A DNA stretch of 64,000 nt, taken from NCBI GenBank assembly GCA_046262615.1, contig JBHEML010000001.1, positions 27,182-91,181 on the forward strand, in the 5' to 3' direction. The notes beneath the pieces are model-generated. The model was given only the letters and a program-made list of their open reading frames with translations, was not told the origin of the DNA and made no database searches. Below, piece by piece: positions 10,480-19,010 of this stretch; the stretch's first letter is position 1, and every line of letters begins with the position of its first letter. Position numbers and translations under genes: made by a program. Source of the DNA: Candidatus Limnocylindria bacterium. Lineage in GTDB: Bacteria > Chloroflexota > Limnocylindria > P2-11E.

Positions 10480-11754
10480 ATGCCGTGGCGTCGGGTCGGG
10501 CGCAGGGTCGAGCGGCCGATCAACGTGAGCCGGTCGATGGAGGAGTCGCTCGAGGAGGCCGCTGAGGGAGAGGGCGAGGAGGATCTCGTAGACCTCGCGG
10601 ACGTCGACGGCGCGACCATCGCCGAGGCCGCGACCGGCGAGCCGGAGACGCCTGAAGGCTCTTCGGACCTCGCGGCCAAGCTGCGCGACGCGGTCTCGGG
10701 GATGGACCTGGCGGACGATGCGCCGTCGATTCCGCGCGGACGCACGCGGCCGACGACAGCCGCGACGGTGGGGCACGTCCAGGAGACGGTCGCGCCGGGA
10801 ACGCCCGTCGACGACAAGGCCGCGTCGCATCCTGAATCGAACGTCGACCTCTCCGTCGAAGCGGCGCGCGGCCTCGTGCTGAAGAACCCCGTGCTGACAG
10901 CATCGGGCACGTTCGGGCAGGGGACCGAGTACGCGGAGCTGATGGACGTCGCGCGCCTCGGCGCGATCGTGAACAAGGGCACGACCCCGACCGCGCGTCC
11001 CGGGAACCCGCAGTACCGCATCGCGGAGACGCCGTCGGGCATCCTCAACTCGATCGGCCTTGAGAATCCCGGCGCGGCGGCCGTCGCGAAAAAGTACGCC
11101 AAGGCGTGGGCCGCGCTCGGCGTGCCCGTCATCGTGAACGTCGCGGGATACAGCGTCGAGGACTACGTCGCGGTGGTCGCGGAGCTCGACGGGACGCCGT
11201 CGGTCGTCGCGTTCGAGCTGAACGTCTCCTGTCCGAACGTGAAGGGTGGGATGCTGTTCGGCTCCGATCCCGAGCTCGCCGCCGAGGTGACGCGCGCGGT
11301 GAAGGCCCAGACCGACCTCCCCGTGATCGTGAAGCTCACGCCGAACGCGCCCGACGTCGTCGGCGTCGCGCGCGCGGTCGAGGACGCCGGCGCCGATGCG
11401 ATCACAGCGATCAACACCGTCCTCGGCATGCGAATCGACACGCGGCGGAGGCGTCCGGTCCTTGGCAGCGGCAGCGGTGGGCTTTCGGGGCCGGCGATCC
11501 GCCCCATCGCGGTCCACATCACGTACCAGGTCGCGCAGGCCGTGAGCATCCCCGTCATCGGCGCCGGCGGGGTCACGAGCGCGGCGGACGCGCTCGAATT
11601 CATGATGGCCGGCGCGTCGGCGGTCCAGGTCGGGACCGCGACCTTCGCCGACCCGCTCGCGCCGATCGGTGTCGTCGAGGGGCTCGCGGCGTTCGTGCGG
11701 GCCGAGGGGCTCGGCTCGATCCGCGAGATCGTCGGCACCGCGCTGCCACGCTGA
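10480..11754 (+). CDS. pyrD: Dihydroorotate dehydrogenase catalytic subunit (class 1B) with an acidic N-terminal extension
   Basis: The conserved PyrD core starts near 10843 (VDLSVEAARGLVLKNPVLTASGTFG ... NSIGLENPG ... GGLSGPAIRP). The same frame stays open with G/C-rich third positions back to ATG 10480 (about 120 extra Glu/Asp/Ala-rich residues). The true start is uncertain. Confidence 0.85.
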   Translation: MPWRRVGRRVERPINVSRSMEESLEEAAEGEGEEDLVDLADVDGATIAEAATGEPETPEGSSDLAAKLRDAVSGMDLADDAPSIPRGRTRPTTAATVGHVQETVAPGTPVDDKAASHPESNVDLSVEAARGLVLKNPVLTASGTFGQGTEYAELMDVARLGAIVNKGTTPTARPGNPQYRIAETPSGILNSIGLENPGAAAVAKKYAKAWAALGVPVIVNVAGYSVEDYVAVVAELDGTPSVVAFELNVSCPNVKGGMLFGSDPELAAEVTRAVKAQTDLPVIVKLTPNAPDVVGVARAVEDAGADAITAINTVLGMRIDTRRRRPVLGSGSGGLSGPAIRPIAVHITYQVAQAVSIPVIGAGGVTSAADALEFMMAGASAVQVGTATFADPLAPIGVVEGLAAFVRAEGLGSIREIVGTALPR

Positions 11755-11806
11755 GGCGGTCCTCACCCGGGCGTCCCGCCGCCTTGTGTCGTCTACCATC
11801 ATCGAC

Positions 11807-12427
11807 ATGCGTACTCTTGTGGGACGCCGTGTGGTCGAGGTGGACGTCGGCTAGGTCCGCCGGCTAGCGGCCCATCATGCCCGCGTCGTCGTCGACGTGG
11901 GCGCAGGCGACGGCTCCGCGACCATCCGAGCCGCGAGGAGCGATCCGAGCGGCCTTGCTATCGCGCTCGACGCGAGTACGGACGCGCTCCGCGGCGGCTC
12001 ACGCGTCGCCCTCCGCCAGCATCTGACGAACACGCTGTTCGCTGTCTGCGCGATCGAGCAGTTGCCCGTCGGTCTCGACCGCATAGCCGACCTCGTCATG
12101 GTCAACTTTCCGTGGGGCTCGCTTCTGCGCGGCATCGTCTGCGCCGATGACGCGGTCATGCGGCCTCTCGGTACGCTCGCGAAGGCGGGCGCCGAGATCC
12201 GCGTCCTTCTGTCCATCGAGGCCCGCGACAGGGTGGCGTGGGTCCCAACAGTCGACCCCGCCCTCCTAGCTCGCAACGCCGCCGGATACCGCTGTGCCGG
12301 GCTCGCCATGGTGGCGTGTCGCGCCGCCAACGAAGCCGAACTCCGCGCGTCGGGTTCATCCTGGGCCAGGCGCCTGGGCGCTGGCAGATCGCGGACCGCC
12401 ACCGCGCTGACGCTTCGCCGCGAATAG
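11807..12427 (+). pseudogene. KamB/NpmA-family 16S rRNA (adenine1408-N1) methyltransferase with an in-frame TAG at codon 16
   Basis: Track ORFs 11669..11854 (ends MRTLVGRRVVEVDVG*) and 11897..12427 share one frame. Joined they read MRTLVGRRVVEVDVG*VRRLAAHHARVVVDVGAGDG...FPWGSLLRG...SSWARRLGAGR. In my recollection this is colinear with KamB (MRRVVGKRVQEF...VVLDVGTGDG...MPWGSLLRG...TSWTRRL). Confidence 0.7.
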
Positions 12428-12446
12428 CGCAGCAGGATCGGCGTCG

Positions 12447-12908
12447 CTATCCGAGGTCCATCGCCGTCCCTCCCCACGAAGCGGGGTCGACGTCGGCGAT
12501 CGACTGCGAGAAGGTCCAGACGTGGCCACCGATGTCCACGGCGCTGTATTGCCGCTCGCCGTAGGGGTGGTCGGCGAGTTCGCGAATGATCCGCGCGCCG
12601 TGATCGACCGCTTGCGCGTGGTGAGCCGTTGCATCTTCCACGCGGACGTGGACGGAATGCGTCGTGAATTCGCCGTGCGACGTCTGGGCCGACGCCGTGC
12701 CGGGTCCGTTCGCCGGCGCACTTCGCTCCGTGACGATGACCGCGCCGTCGCCGAAGACGAGCTGCACGCGATGGTGTCCGATGCGAAGACGCTCGCGGAA
12801 GCCGAAGGCCTCGCAGAGCCACTCGCTGGCCTCGGCCACGTCGGCGTACGTGAGCACCGGGATCACCGTCGCGGTCGGCGACGAGCGATTTGGGATCATG
12901 TCCGCCAC
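12447..12908 (-). CDS. VOC (glyoxalase/bleomycin-resistance/dioxygenase) family protein
   Basis: 153 aa with a paired beta-alpha-beta-beta-beta pattern (VIPVLTYADVAEASEWLCEAFGF ... HVRVEDATAHHAQAVDHGARI ... PYGERQYSAVDIGGHVWTF). Confidence 0.7.
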   Translation of the reverse strand: MADMIPNRSSPTATVIPVLTYADVAEASEWLCEAFGFRERLRIGHHRVQLVFGDGAVIVTERSAPANGPGTASAQTSHGEFTTHSVHVRVEDATAHHAQAVDHGARIIRELADHPYGERQYSAVDIGGHVWTFSQSIADVDPASWGGTAMDLG

Positions 12909-12950
12909 CGGTCGTGTGAAATCACGCCTGGGCCGTGGCCGACCGTACGC

Positions 12951-13907
12951 TCACGGACCGGCCTGCTCGCGCCGCAGCACCAGTCCGATGCGCCCGTAGG
13001 TTGCGTGCGGGTCCGTGTACACGACGCGCCGGGAGTCGCTCTCCGATCGGCGTGCCGCCTCCCAGAGCCGGTTCTCCGCCTCGAAGCCGACCTCCGAGAG
13101 TTGCGGGAACCGCGCGAGAAGCCGGGCGCCCATCTCGTGGACGAGGTGCTGGATCGAGCGCGAGTTGAACTCGTGGAACGTGCATTCAACGTGGTCACGC
13201 ACCTGCTCCGAGGCGACGTACCGCGCCAGATCGAATCCCGTCGCATCGGCCGGGTCGGCATAGCGCCAGCGCACGTCGAGGTGGATGTAGAGCGGCCGAT
13301 CGACCGTCTCCGGCAGCGTCGTGTACTCGTCGCGCACGAAGCGTGTGAACGAGCTACCCGTGACCTTGATCAACTGCAGATCCTCACGCCCGCTGCGCAG
13401 GTCGGAGATCGCCGCCGCGGTGGCCGCGGCCGGGTTCGCTCGGGCCTCGCGTCGCGCGACGCGGAGCTCGGCCACACCCGCGTCTGCGCGCTCCCGCTCG
13501 AACAGCACGCCGCTGCGTGCCGGTCGGCCGTCCTCCAGTGCCGCCGCCGCTGCGAACGGCCGCTCACGCGCGCGGAGCCGCAGCGTGCTCATCTGCGGGT
13601 AGGTCACCAGGAAGCGCTCGCCGAGAAAGGCGAGGAATCCCTCGAGCGTCGCTCCCTCGTACTCGAGCGCCATCGCGTACAAGAAGTTCTTCATCGTGTC
13701 CGTGGCGACGACGTTCGAGTTGTCTCCCTCGGTGTACGCGGGGAGGAAGTTGTCGCCGTAAACGTCAACGTCGACCTCGGCCGCGAACAGCACGTTGTCG
13801 CGGCCGGCGAAGTCGGATTCCGGGATCCGCGCGATCCCGCGCAGGGGCGAGGCGTACGTGCGGTAGAAAGTGACCTGCGCCTTTCCGTAGTCGATCGTCG
13901 CGCTCAT
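12951..13907 (-). CDS. uox: Urate oxidase (factor-independent urate hydroxylase)
   Basis: 318 aa. YGKAQV near the N-terminus, the uricase signature VVATDTMKN, and tandem T-fold halves. Confidence 0.88.
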   Translation of the reverse strand: MSATIDYGKAQVTFYRTYASPLRGIARIPESDFAGRDNVLFAAEVDVDVYGDNFLPAYTEGDNSNVVATDTMKNFLYAMALEYEGATLEGFLAFLGERFLVTYPQMSTLRLRARERPFAAAAALEDGRPARSGVLFERERADAGVAELRVARREARANPAAATAAAISDLRSGREDLQLIKVTGSSFTRFVRDEYTTLPETVDRPLYIHLDVRWRYADPADATGFDLARYVASEQVRDHVECTFHEFNSRSIQHLVHEMGARLLARFPQLSEVGFEAENRLWEAARRSESDSRRVVYTDPHATYGRIGLVLRREQAGP

Positions 13908-13947
13908 CCGCAGGTCCTCGCCCGACCGCGGAAAGGCGGCGGACGGC

Positions 13948-14391
13948 TCATCGCGGCTGCTCGAGCCGGTCCCGGGCGATCGCGAGGAACTCGTCGATCC
14001 CGGTCTGCAGCTCCCGTTCGCGGTCGCGCCTCAGACGCTCCCGCATCTCGGCAAGCACCTCGCCGCGCCTTCGCCCCGCGACGAAGACGACGCAGCGGAA
14101 GCCGAAGCGTCGCTCGTAGGCGTCGTTGACCTGGGCGAGCTCGCGCGCCGTCGCCTGGTCGACATCCGCACCTTGCTCGGTGGCTGACCGCACCGACAGC
14201 ACGTCGCGCGGCGCGCCGATGCGCGGATGCGCGTTGAGGACGGCGACGCGCTGCACGTCGGTCATCCCAGCGATGAGCTCGCGTGCGCGCGCTATGGCCG
14301 CCTCGGTCGATGGGAACGGCGCGTCGACGACCAGCCGGTCCGCGAGGAATGGCGCGCGCTCGAACGCCTCAGCGACCGCGGTAGCTGACAC
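13948..14391 (-). CDS. uraD: 2-oxo-4-hydroxy-4-carboxy-5-ureidoimidazoline (OHCU) decarboxylase
   Basis: The C-terminal part of track ORF 13948..14568 has LNAHPRIGAP ... YERRFGFRCVVFVAGR, typical of UraD. I chose GTG 14391; this start is uncertain and overlaps the uraH end. Confidence 0.75.
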   Translation of the reverse strand: MSATAVAEAFERAPFLADRLVVDAPFPSTEAAIARARELIAGMTDVQRVAVLNAHPRIGAPRDVLSVRSATEQGADVDQATARELAQVNDAYERRFGFRCVVFVAGRRRGEVLAEMRERLRRDRERELQTGIDEFLAIARDRLEQPR

Positions 14392-14683
14392 AGCTGAAGG
14401 GCGATACGAGCAGCGGCACGTGCGAATGTCCGGAGGGAAGGTCGATGTCCAGCGAGACCCGCACGAGGAAGGATGGGCGTGCGGCGAAGTAGGTCCCGGT
14501 CTCAAAGACGAGCCGATAGCGGCCTGGCGCCAGCTCGGCGCCGAGCGACGCGATGCGGCCATCGGCATCTGTCGTGGATGCGCCGACCATCGCGCCGTCT
14601 TGATACAGCTCGACCGTCGCGCCTACGGCGGGCGCGCCGGTGGTCACGTCCAGCACGTGCGTCGAGAGCGTCGAATCCGTCAT
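14369..14683 (-). CDS. uraH: 5-hydroxyisourate hydrolase (transthyretin-like)
   Basis: 104 aa. Starts LSTHVLDVTTGAPA, contains HVPLLVSPF and ends with a YRGR tail (canonical YRGS). Confidence 0.88.
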   Translation of the reverse strand: MTDSTLSTHVLDVTTGAPAVGATVELYQDGAMVGASTTDADGRIASLGAELAPGRYRLVFETGTYFAARPSFLVRVSLDIDLPSGHSHVPLLVSPFSCVSYRGR

Positions 14684-14691
14684 GGCGCGGC

Positions 14692-14698
14692 TATCCTA
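14692..14698. promoter_or_regulatory. Overlapping divergent -10 boxes (TATCCT on + / TAGGAT on -) in a 23-bp intergenic region
   Basis: The uraH ATG (14683, minus) and the DUF3830 ATG (14707, plus) are only 23 bp apart. TATCCT (14692-14697) and its partner TAGGAT (complement of 14693-14698) each sit 9 nt from their start codon. Confidence 0.4.
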
Positions 14699-14706
14699 GC
14701 CACCGC

Positions 14707-15120
14707 ATGCGCCACATACGGATCACCGCGGGACCGTTCCAGCTCCTCGCGCGGCTCGAGGAAGCCGCCGCGCCACGCACGTGCGCGGCCGTGCGCGCGA
14801 TGCTGCCGCTGCGCAAGAAGCTGCTGCATTGCAGGTGGACCGGTGAGTCGACGTGGGTGCCCATGGGAGACGAGCGGGTGCCGATCGAACCGGAGAACCA
14901 CACGAGCCACCTCTACCCCGGACAGGTGCTGCTCTACCCCGGCGGGTTCTCGGAGGGCGAGTTCCTCCTCCCGTACGGCGGCGCGCTGTTCGCGAGCCGG
15001 GTCGGGCAGCTCGCGGCGAACCACTTCGCGACGGTCATCGAAGGCGCCGAGCACCTGGCCGAAGTGGGCCGCCTGACGCTCTGGGAGGGCGCGCAGGACT
15101 TCGCCATCGAGGACACGTAG
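14707..15120 (+). CDS. DUF3830-like (cyclophilin-like fold) protein, upstream partner of allantoinase
   Basis: 137 aa from the ATG at codon 79 of track ORF 14473..15120 (MRHIRITAGPFQLLARLEE...). The stop lies 2 nt before the allantoinase GTG. The family name comes from memory of similar allantoinase-adjacent proteins. Confidence 0.55.
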   Translation: MRHIRITAGPFQLLARLEEAAAPRTCAAVRAMLPLRKKLLHCRWTGESTWVPMGDERVPIEPENHTSHLYPGQVLLYPGGFSEGEFLLPYGGALFASRVGQLAANHFATVIEGAEHLAEVGRLTLWEGAQDFAIEDT

Positions 15121-15122
15121 CC

Positions 15123-16484
15123 GTGAGGGCCGCGGAGCTGGCCGTCCGCGGCGGCGTCCTGGTACTACCCGAAGGCGAACGTCACGCGGATCTCCTGATC
15201 GACCGCGGCGCGTTCGTCGCGATCGTGGACCCCGGTGAAGGCGAAAGCGCGAACGAGATCGACGCATCGGCCCTCCTGGTGCTTCCGGGAATGGTCGATG
15301 CCCACGTGCACTTCAACGATCCCGGCCGGGCCGACTGGGAAGGATGGGAAGCAGGGTCACGCGGCGCGGCGGCCGGCGGCGTGACGACCGTGGTGGACAT
15401 GCCGCTCAACTCGCTGCCACCGACGACGACCGCAGCTTCGCTCGACGCGAAGGTCGCCGCCGCATCCCGCGCGTCCCTCGTCGACTTCGCGTTGTGGGGC
15501 GGCCTCGTGTCCGCCGACCCAGCGCCGCTCCGCGCGCTGCACGAGCGCGGGGTCGTGGGCTTCAAGGCCTTCATGAGCGACAGCGGCGTCGGGGAGTTCC
15601 CCGCGCTCGCCGACGATGCGCTCGCCGACGCGCTGCGCGCGGCGGCGTCGGTCGGGGCGCTCGTCGCGGTGCACGCCGAGGATCAGACGATGACGCGCGA
15701 TGGCCGTGAGCGTCTGCGCGCCGACGGCCGGCGTGATCCTGGCGCGTGGTCCGCCTCGCGACCGGTCGAGGCCGAGGTCCGCGCGATCGAGCGCCTCGGA
15801 GCCGCGGCGCGTCGAGGCGGCGGCCGCGTCCACGTCGTGCACGCGAGCTGCGCGGCCGCGGTCGATGCCGTCGTCCGCGAGGGCGAGCGCGGGGCCGACA
15901 TGACCGTCGAGACGTGCCCGCACTACCTCGTGTTCGACGACGCGGACCTGCGGCGCGTCGGTCCGGCCCTGAAATGCGCTCCGCCGCTGCGCGACGCGCC
16001 GGCCAGGGAGGTGCTCTGGCAACGGCTCGGGGACGGCGCCATCGATCTCGTCGCCTCGGACCACTCACCCTGCGCAGCCGAGCTCAAACGCCGCGGTGAC
16101 GACGACATCTGGCTCGCCTGGGGCGGCATCGCGGGCATTCAGTCGACGCTTCCCGCGTTGCTGACCGAGGGCGTGCACCGCCGAAGCCTCTCTCTTTCGG
16201 CGCTCGCGCGGATCTCCGCCGAGAGCCCGGCGCGGCGCTGCGGTCTGGCCGACAAGGGAGCGATCCGCGTCGGCGCCGACGCCGACCTCGCGATCGTCGA
16301 CCCCGAGCGCGACTGGACCCTCGCCGAGGACGACGTGCAGAGCCGCGCGAGACTGAGCCCCTACGTCGGACGGCGCTTTCGCGGCGCGGTGGTGCGAACG
16401 TTGGTGCGCGGACGCGTCGTCTGGGACGAGGGCGCGTTCCCGGCACCGCCCGGGTGGGGACGGTTCGTGCGCCGGGGCGGGTGA
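15123..16484 (+). CDS. allB: Allantoinase
   Basis: GTG at codon 91 of track ORF 14853..16484 gives 453 aa. Cyclic amidohydrolase motifs VDAHVHFNDPGRADWEGWEAGSRGAAAGGVTTVVDMPLNS and SDHSPC. Confidence 0.85.
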   Translation: MRAAELAVRGGVLVLPEGERHADLLIDRGAFVAIVDPGEGESANEIDASALLVLPGMVDAHVHFNDPGRADWEGWEAGSRGAAAGGVTTVVDMPLNSLPPTTTAASLDAKVAAASRASLVDFALWGGLVSADPAPLRALHERGVVGFKAFMSDSGVGEFPALADDALADALRAAASVGALVAVHAEDQTMTRDGRERLRADGRRDPGAWSASRPVEAEVRAIERLGAAARRGGGRVHVVHASCAAAVDAVVREGERGADMTVETCPHYLVFDDADLRRVGPALKCAPPLRDAPAREVLWQRLGDGAIDLVASDHSPCAAELKRRGDDDIWLAWGGIAGIQSTLPALLTEGVHRRSLSLSALARISAESPARRCGLADKGAIRVGADADLAIVDPERDWTLAEDDVQSRARLSPYVGRRFRGAVVRTLVRGRVVWDEGAFPAPPGWGRFVRRGG

Positions 16485-16665
16485 CGCTGGTGCGGGCCCC
16501 TGGCGCACCTCGCCTGGTGATACGGCGCGCTCGGCAGACCGCGGCTGGGTCCGGTCTGGCGATCGCGCCAACCTGCCGGTCCGGGATCTCGGCCGGATCC
16601 GCGCCCCGGATCGGGACCGCGTGCGATCGTGGCATCGCCTTGCGCCCGGGCGAACCCGCGCGAGC

Positions 16666-17985
16666 ATGCGCACGGTGAGGCTGCTCATCCGCGGCGGGAC
16701 CGTCCTGACGATGGTCGCCGGCGACGGGCCGCTCGATGGCGACGTCGCGGTCGAGGACACGCGGATCGCCGCGGTCGGACCGTCGCAGGGCGCGTTCGAC
16801 GAGATCGTCGACGCGACGGGCTGCTACGTGCTGCCGGGGCTCGTGCAGACGCACGTGCACCTCGTCCAGACGCTGTTCCGCGGGCTGGCCGAGGATCTGC
16901 CGCTGCTGCGGTGGCTTCGCGAGCGCATCTGGCCGCTCGAGGTCGCGCACGACGAACGCTCGCTGCGCGCCAGCGCGCGCATGGGGTTGCTCGAGCTCCT
17001 GGGCACGGGCACGACCACGGTGCTGGACATGGGAACGACGCACGGCGGCGACGTCGTGGCGGAGGAGCTCGTCTCATCGGGCATCCGCGCGCGTTTCGGC
17101 CAGGCGATGATGGATACCGGCGACGGTGCGCCGCCGGCGCTCCTCAGGACGACGCGCGAGTCGCTCGACGCGTGCGCCGGGCTGCGGGAGCGCTGGGATG
17201 GCGCCGGCGAGGGTCGCATCGGCTACGCGTATGCGCCGCGTTTCGCGCTGTCCTGCACGCCTGATCTCCTCGAAGCGGTCGCCGGCCGCGCCGGGAGCGA
17301 AGGCGCGCTCGTGCACACGCACAGCAACGAGCACCCCGAGGAGCGTGCCGCGATCATCGCCGCGACCGGGCGGCCACCACTTCTGCACCTCGCCGACCTG
17401 GGCCTCCTCAGCGAGCGTGCGGTCATCGCGCATGGCGTCCACGTCGACGCGGACGAGCTCCGGGCGCTGGCGTCGCACGGTGCGGCGGTCGCCCACTGCC
17501 CCTCGTCGAACCTGAAGCTCGGCTCCGGGATCGCGGACGTCGTACGGCTGCGCGGGGAGGGGCTCCGAGTCGGGATCGGCGCCGACGGCGCCGCGTGCAA
17601 CAACCGCCTGGACGCCTTCGAGGAGGCCCGGCTCGCGGCGCTGCTCGCGCGGTCGCTCCACGGCGCGGCCGCGCTCACGGCGCAGGATGCGCTCGGCCTC
17701 GCCACGCGCGAAGGTGCGAGGGCGCTGGGACTTGGCGCCGAGATCGGCACGCTCGAGGTCGGCAAGAGCGCGGACGTCATCGTCCTCGACTCGCGCGCTC
17801 TCGATCCCGGCGGCGATCCGGCCACGCGGATCGTCTTCGGCGGCGGATCGCGCGCGGTGCGCGACGTGATCGTCGATGGCCGCGTCCTCGTGCGCGACGG
17901 CGTGTCCACGCAGTGGGATGCGGCCGAGGTTCGCGCGAGCGCGCGCGAGGCGCGGGCCGAACTGATCGCGCGCGCGGACATCTAG
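16666..17985 (+). CDS. Amidohydrolase of the guanine deaminase / MtaD / SsnA-like aminohydrolase group
   Basis: 439 aa with GLVQTHVHLVQTLFRGLAEDLPLLRWL, HTHSNEH and GADGAACNN motifs. The purine-catabolic context suggests a purine-base deaminase; the exact substrate is not resolvable. Confidence 0.75.
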   Translation: MRTVRLLIRGGTVLTMVAGDGPLDGDVAVEDTRIAAVGPSQGAFDEIVDATGCYVLPGLVQTHVHLVQTLFRGLAEDLPLLRWLRERIWPLEVAHDERSLRASARMGLLELLGTGTTTVLDMGTTHGGDVVAEELVSSGIRARFGQAMMDTGDGAPPALLRTTRESLDACAGLRERWDGAGEGRIGYAYAPRFALSCTPDLLEAVAGRAGSEGALVHTHSNEHPEERAAIIAATGRPPLLHLADLGLLSERAVIAHGVHVDADELRALASHGAAVAHCPSSNLKLGSGIADVVRLRGEGLRVGIGADGAACNNRLDAFEEARLAALLARSLHGAAALTAQDALGLATREGARALGLGAEIGTLEVGKSADVIVLDSRALDPGGDPATRIVFGGGSRAVRDVIVDGRVLVRDGVSTQWDAAEVRASAREARAELIARADI

Positions 17986-18149
17986 CGGCATCGCGGCCGG
18001 CGCGGGGCCGAGCGCCATCCGGCCGGCGCGGCTCGTCGTCGGCGTCGATGCGGACGCCCTCGTTGGCGCGTGCGGAGCGTGTGTCACTTCCCCGACCGTG
18101 CCGGTCGCGCCTCGCGCATCGAGAGGCGTCGCGATGGCGGCGCGCGACC

Positions 18150-18155
18150 TAGAGT
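18150..18155 (+). promoter_or_regulatory. Candidate -10 box (TAGAGT) for leaderless xanthine dehydrogenase operon mRNA
   Basis: TAGAGT is followed by 6 nt and then the GTG start at 18162. No SD is possible in between. Confidence 0.4.
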
Positions 18156-18161
18156 AGGCAG

Positions 18162-19010
18162 GTGCGCGTGGAGATCGCGCGAGACCTCGACGACGCGCTC
18201 GCGCTCGCGGCCGATCTTCCGGAGGCGGAGCTGATCGCGGGCGGGACGGACCTCATGGTGGAGATCAACTTCGGCCGGAAGCGACCCGAGGCCGTCCTCG
18301 CCATCGACCGTATCGCAGAGTTGCGCGAGACCTCGCGCAACGGCAGGGTGCGGATGGGCGCGGGCGTGACGTACACAGCGATGCTCCAGGGAGATCACGG
18401 CTCGCGAGCGATCTGGGAGGCAGCGCGCACCGTCGGCTCGCCGCAGATCCGCAACGCGGGCACGCTCGGCGGCAATCTCGGCACCGCCTCGCCGGCGGGC
18501 GACCTCCTGCCGGTCCTCGCCGCGCTCGACGCGACGGTCCTGCTCCGCTCGGCGCGCTCGGAGCGCCGCGTCAGCTTCGGCGACTTCATGACCGGGCCCA
18601 AGCGCAGCGTGCGGCGGCCCGGCGAGGTGATCGTCGGCGCGGAGTGGGACGACACCGGACCGGCGCAGACCTTCATGAAGGTCGGGACGCGGAACGCCAT
18701 GGTCATCTCCGTCGCCGGACTCGCGCTGGTCCTCGACCGCGCACGGCGACGGGTCGGCGTCGGGCTCGGATCGTGCGGGCCGACGATCCTGCGTGCGCCC
18801 GAAGCCGAGCGGTTCGCTGGGGGGCTCTTCGACGAGGCCGGATGGGAGCGCGCGACCGCGCCCGGTGAAGCCGCGCGCCGCGAGTTCGGCGCGCTCGTGG
18901 CCGCGGCCGCGCGGCCGATCGACGACGTGCGTGGGACCGCGGCGTACCGCAGACACGTGCTCGCCGTGATGGCCGGACGCGCGCTGGACCGCGTCGGAGC
19001 GATGGCGTGA
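18162..19010 (+). CDS. Xanthine dehydrogenase family FAD-binding subunit (CoxM/XdhB-like)
   Basis: 282 aa with AGGTDLMVEINFG and GTLGGNLGTASPAGD (FAD-binding PCMH-type domain) and a C-terminal CO-dehydrogenase flavoprotein-like end. Confidence 0.85.
   Translation: MRVEIARDLDDALALAADLPEAELIAGGTDLMVEINFGRKRPEAVLAIDRIAELRETSRNGRVRMGAGVTYTAMLQGDHGSRAIWEAARTVGSPQIRNAGTLGGNLGTASPAGDLLPVLAALDATVLLRSARSERRVSFGDFMTGPKRSVRRPGEVIVGAEWDDTGPAQTFMKVGTRNAMVISVAGLALVLDRARRRVGVGLGSCGPTILRAPEAERFAGGLFDEAGWERATAPGEAARREFGALVAAAARPIDDVRGTAAYRRHVLAVMAGRALDRVGAMA

Noticed and set aside
9376-11808. Very long antisense ORFs: 9376..11808 (810 aa), 57464..60736 (1090 aa), 46681..48675 (664 aa), 19486..21291 (601 aa), 476..1678 (400 aa) and many more in the track.
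   Set aside because: All lie opposite or out of frame to genes with strong family motifs. Their translations are Arg/Pro/Ala/Gly-rich low-complexity strings with no recognisable domains, which is the expected stop-codon-poor artefact of a roughly 70% GC genome.
11852-11854. The amber codon in the KamB-like gene as programmed recoding (pyrrolysine or read-through).
   Set aside because: No pyl genes or PYLIS-like context are visible, and TAG terminates several neighbouring bona fide genes. A simple nonsense mutation or a base-call error is more parsimonious.
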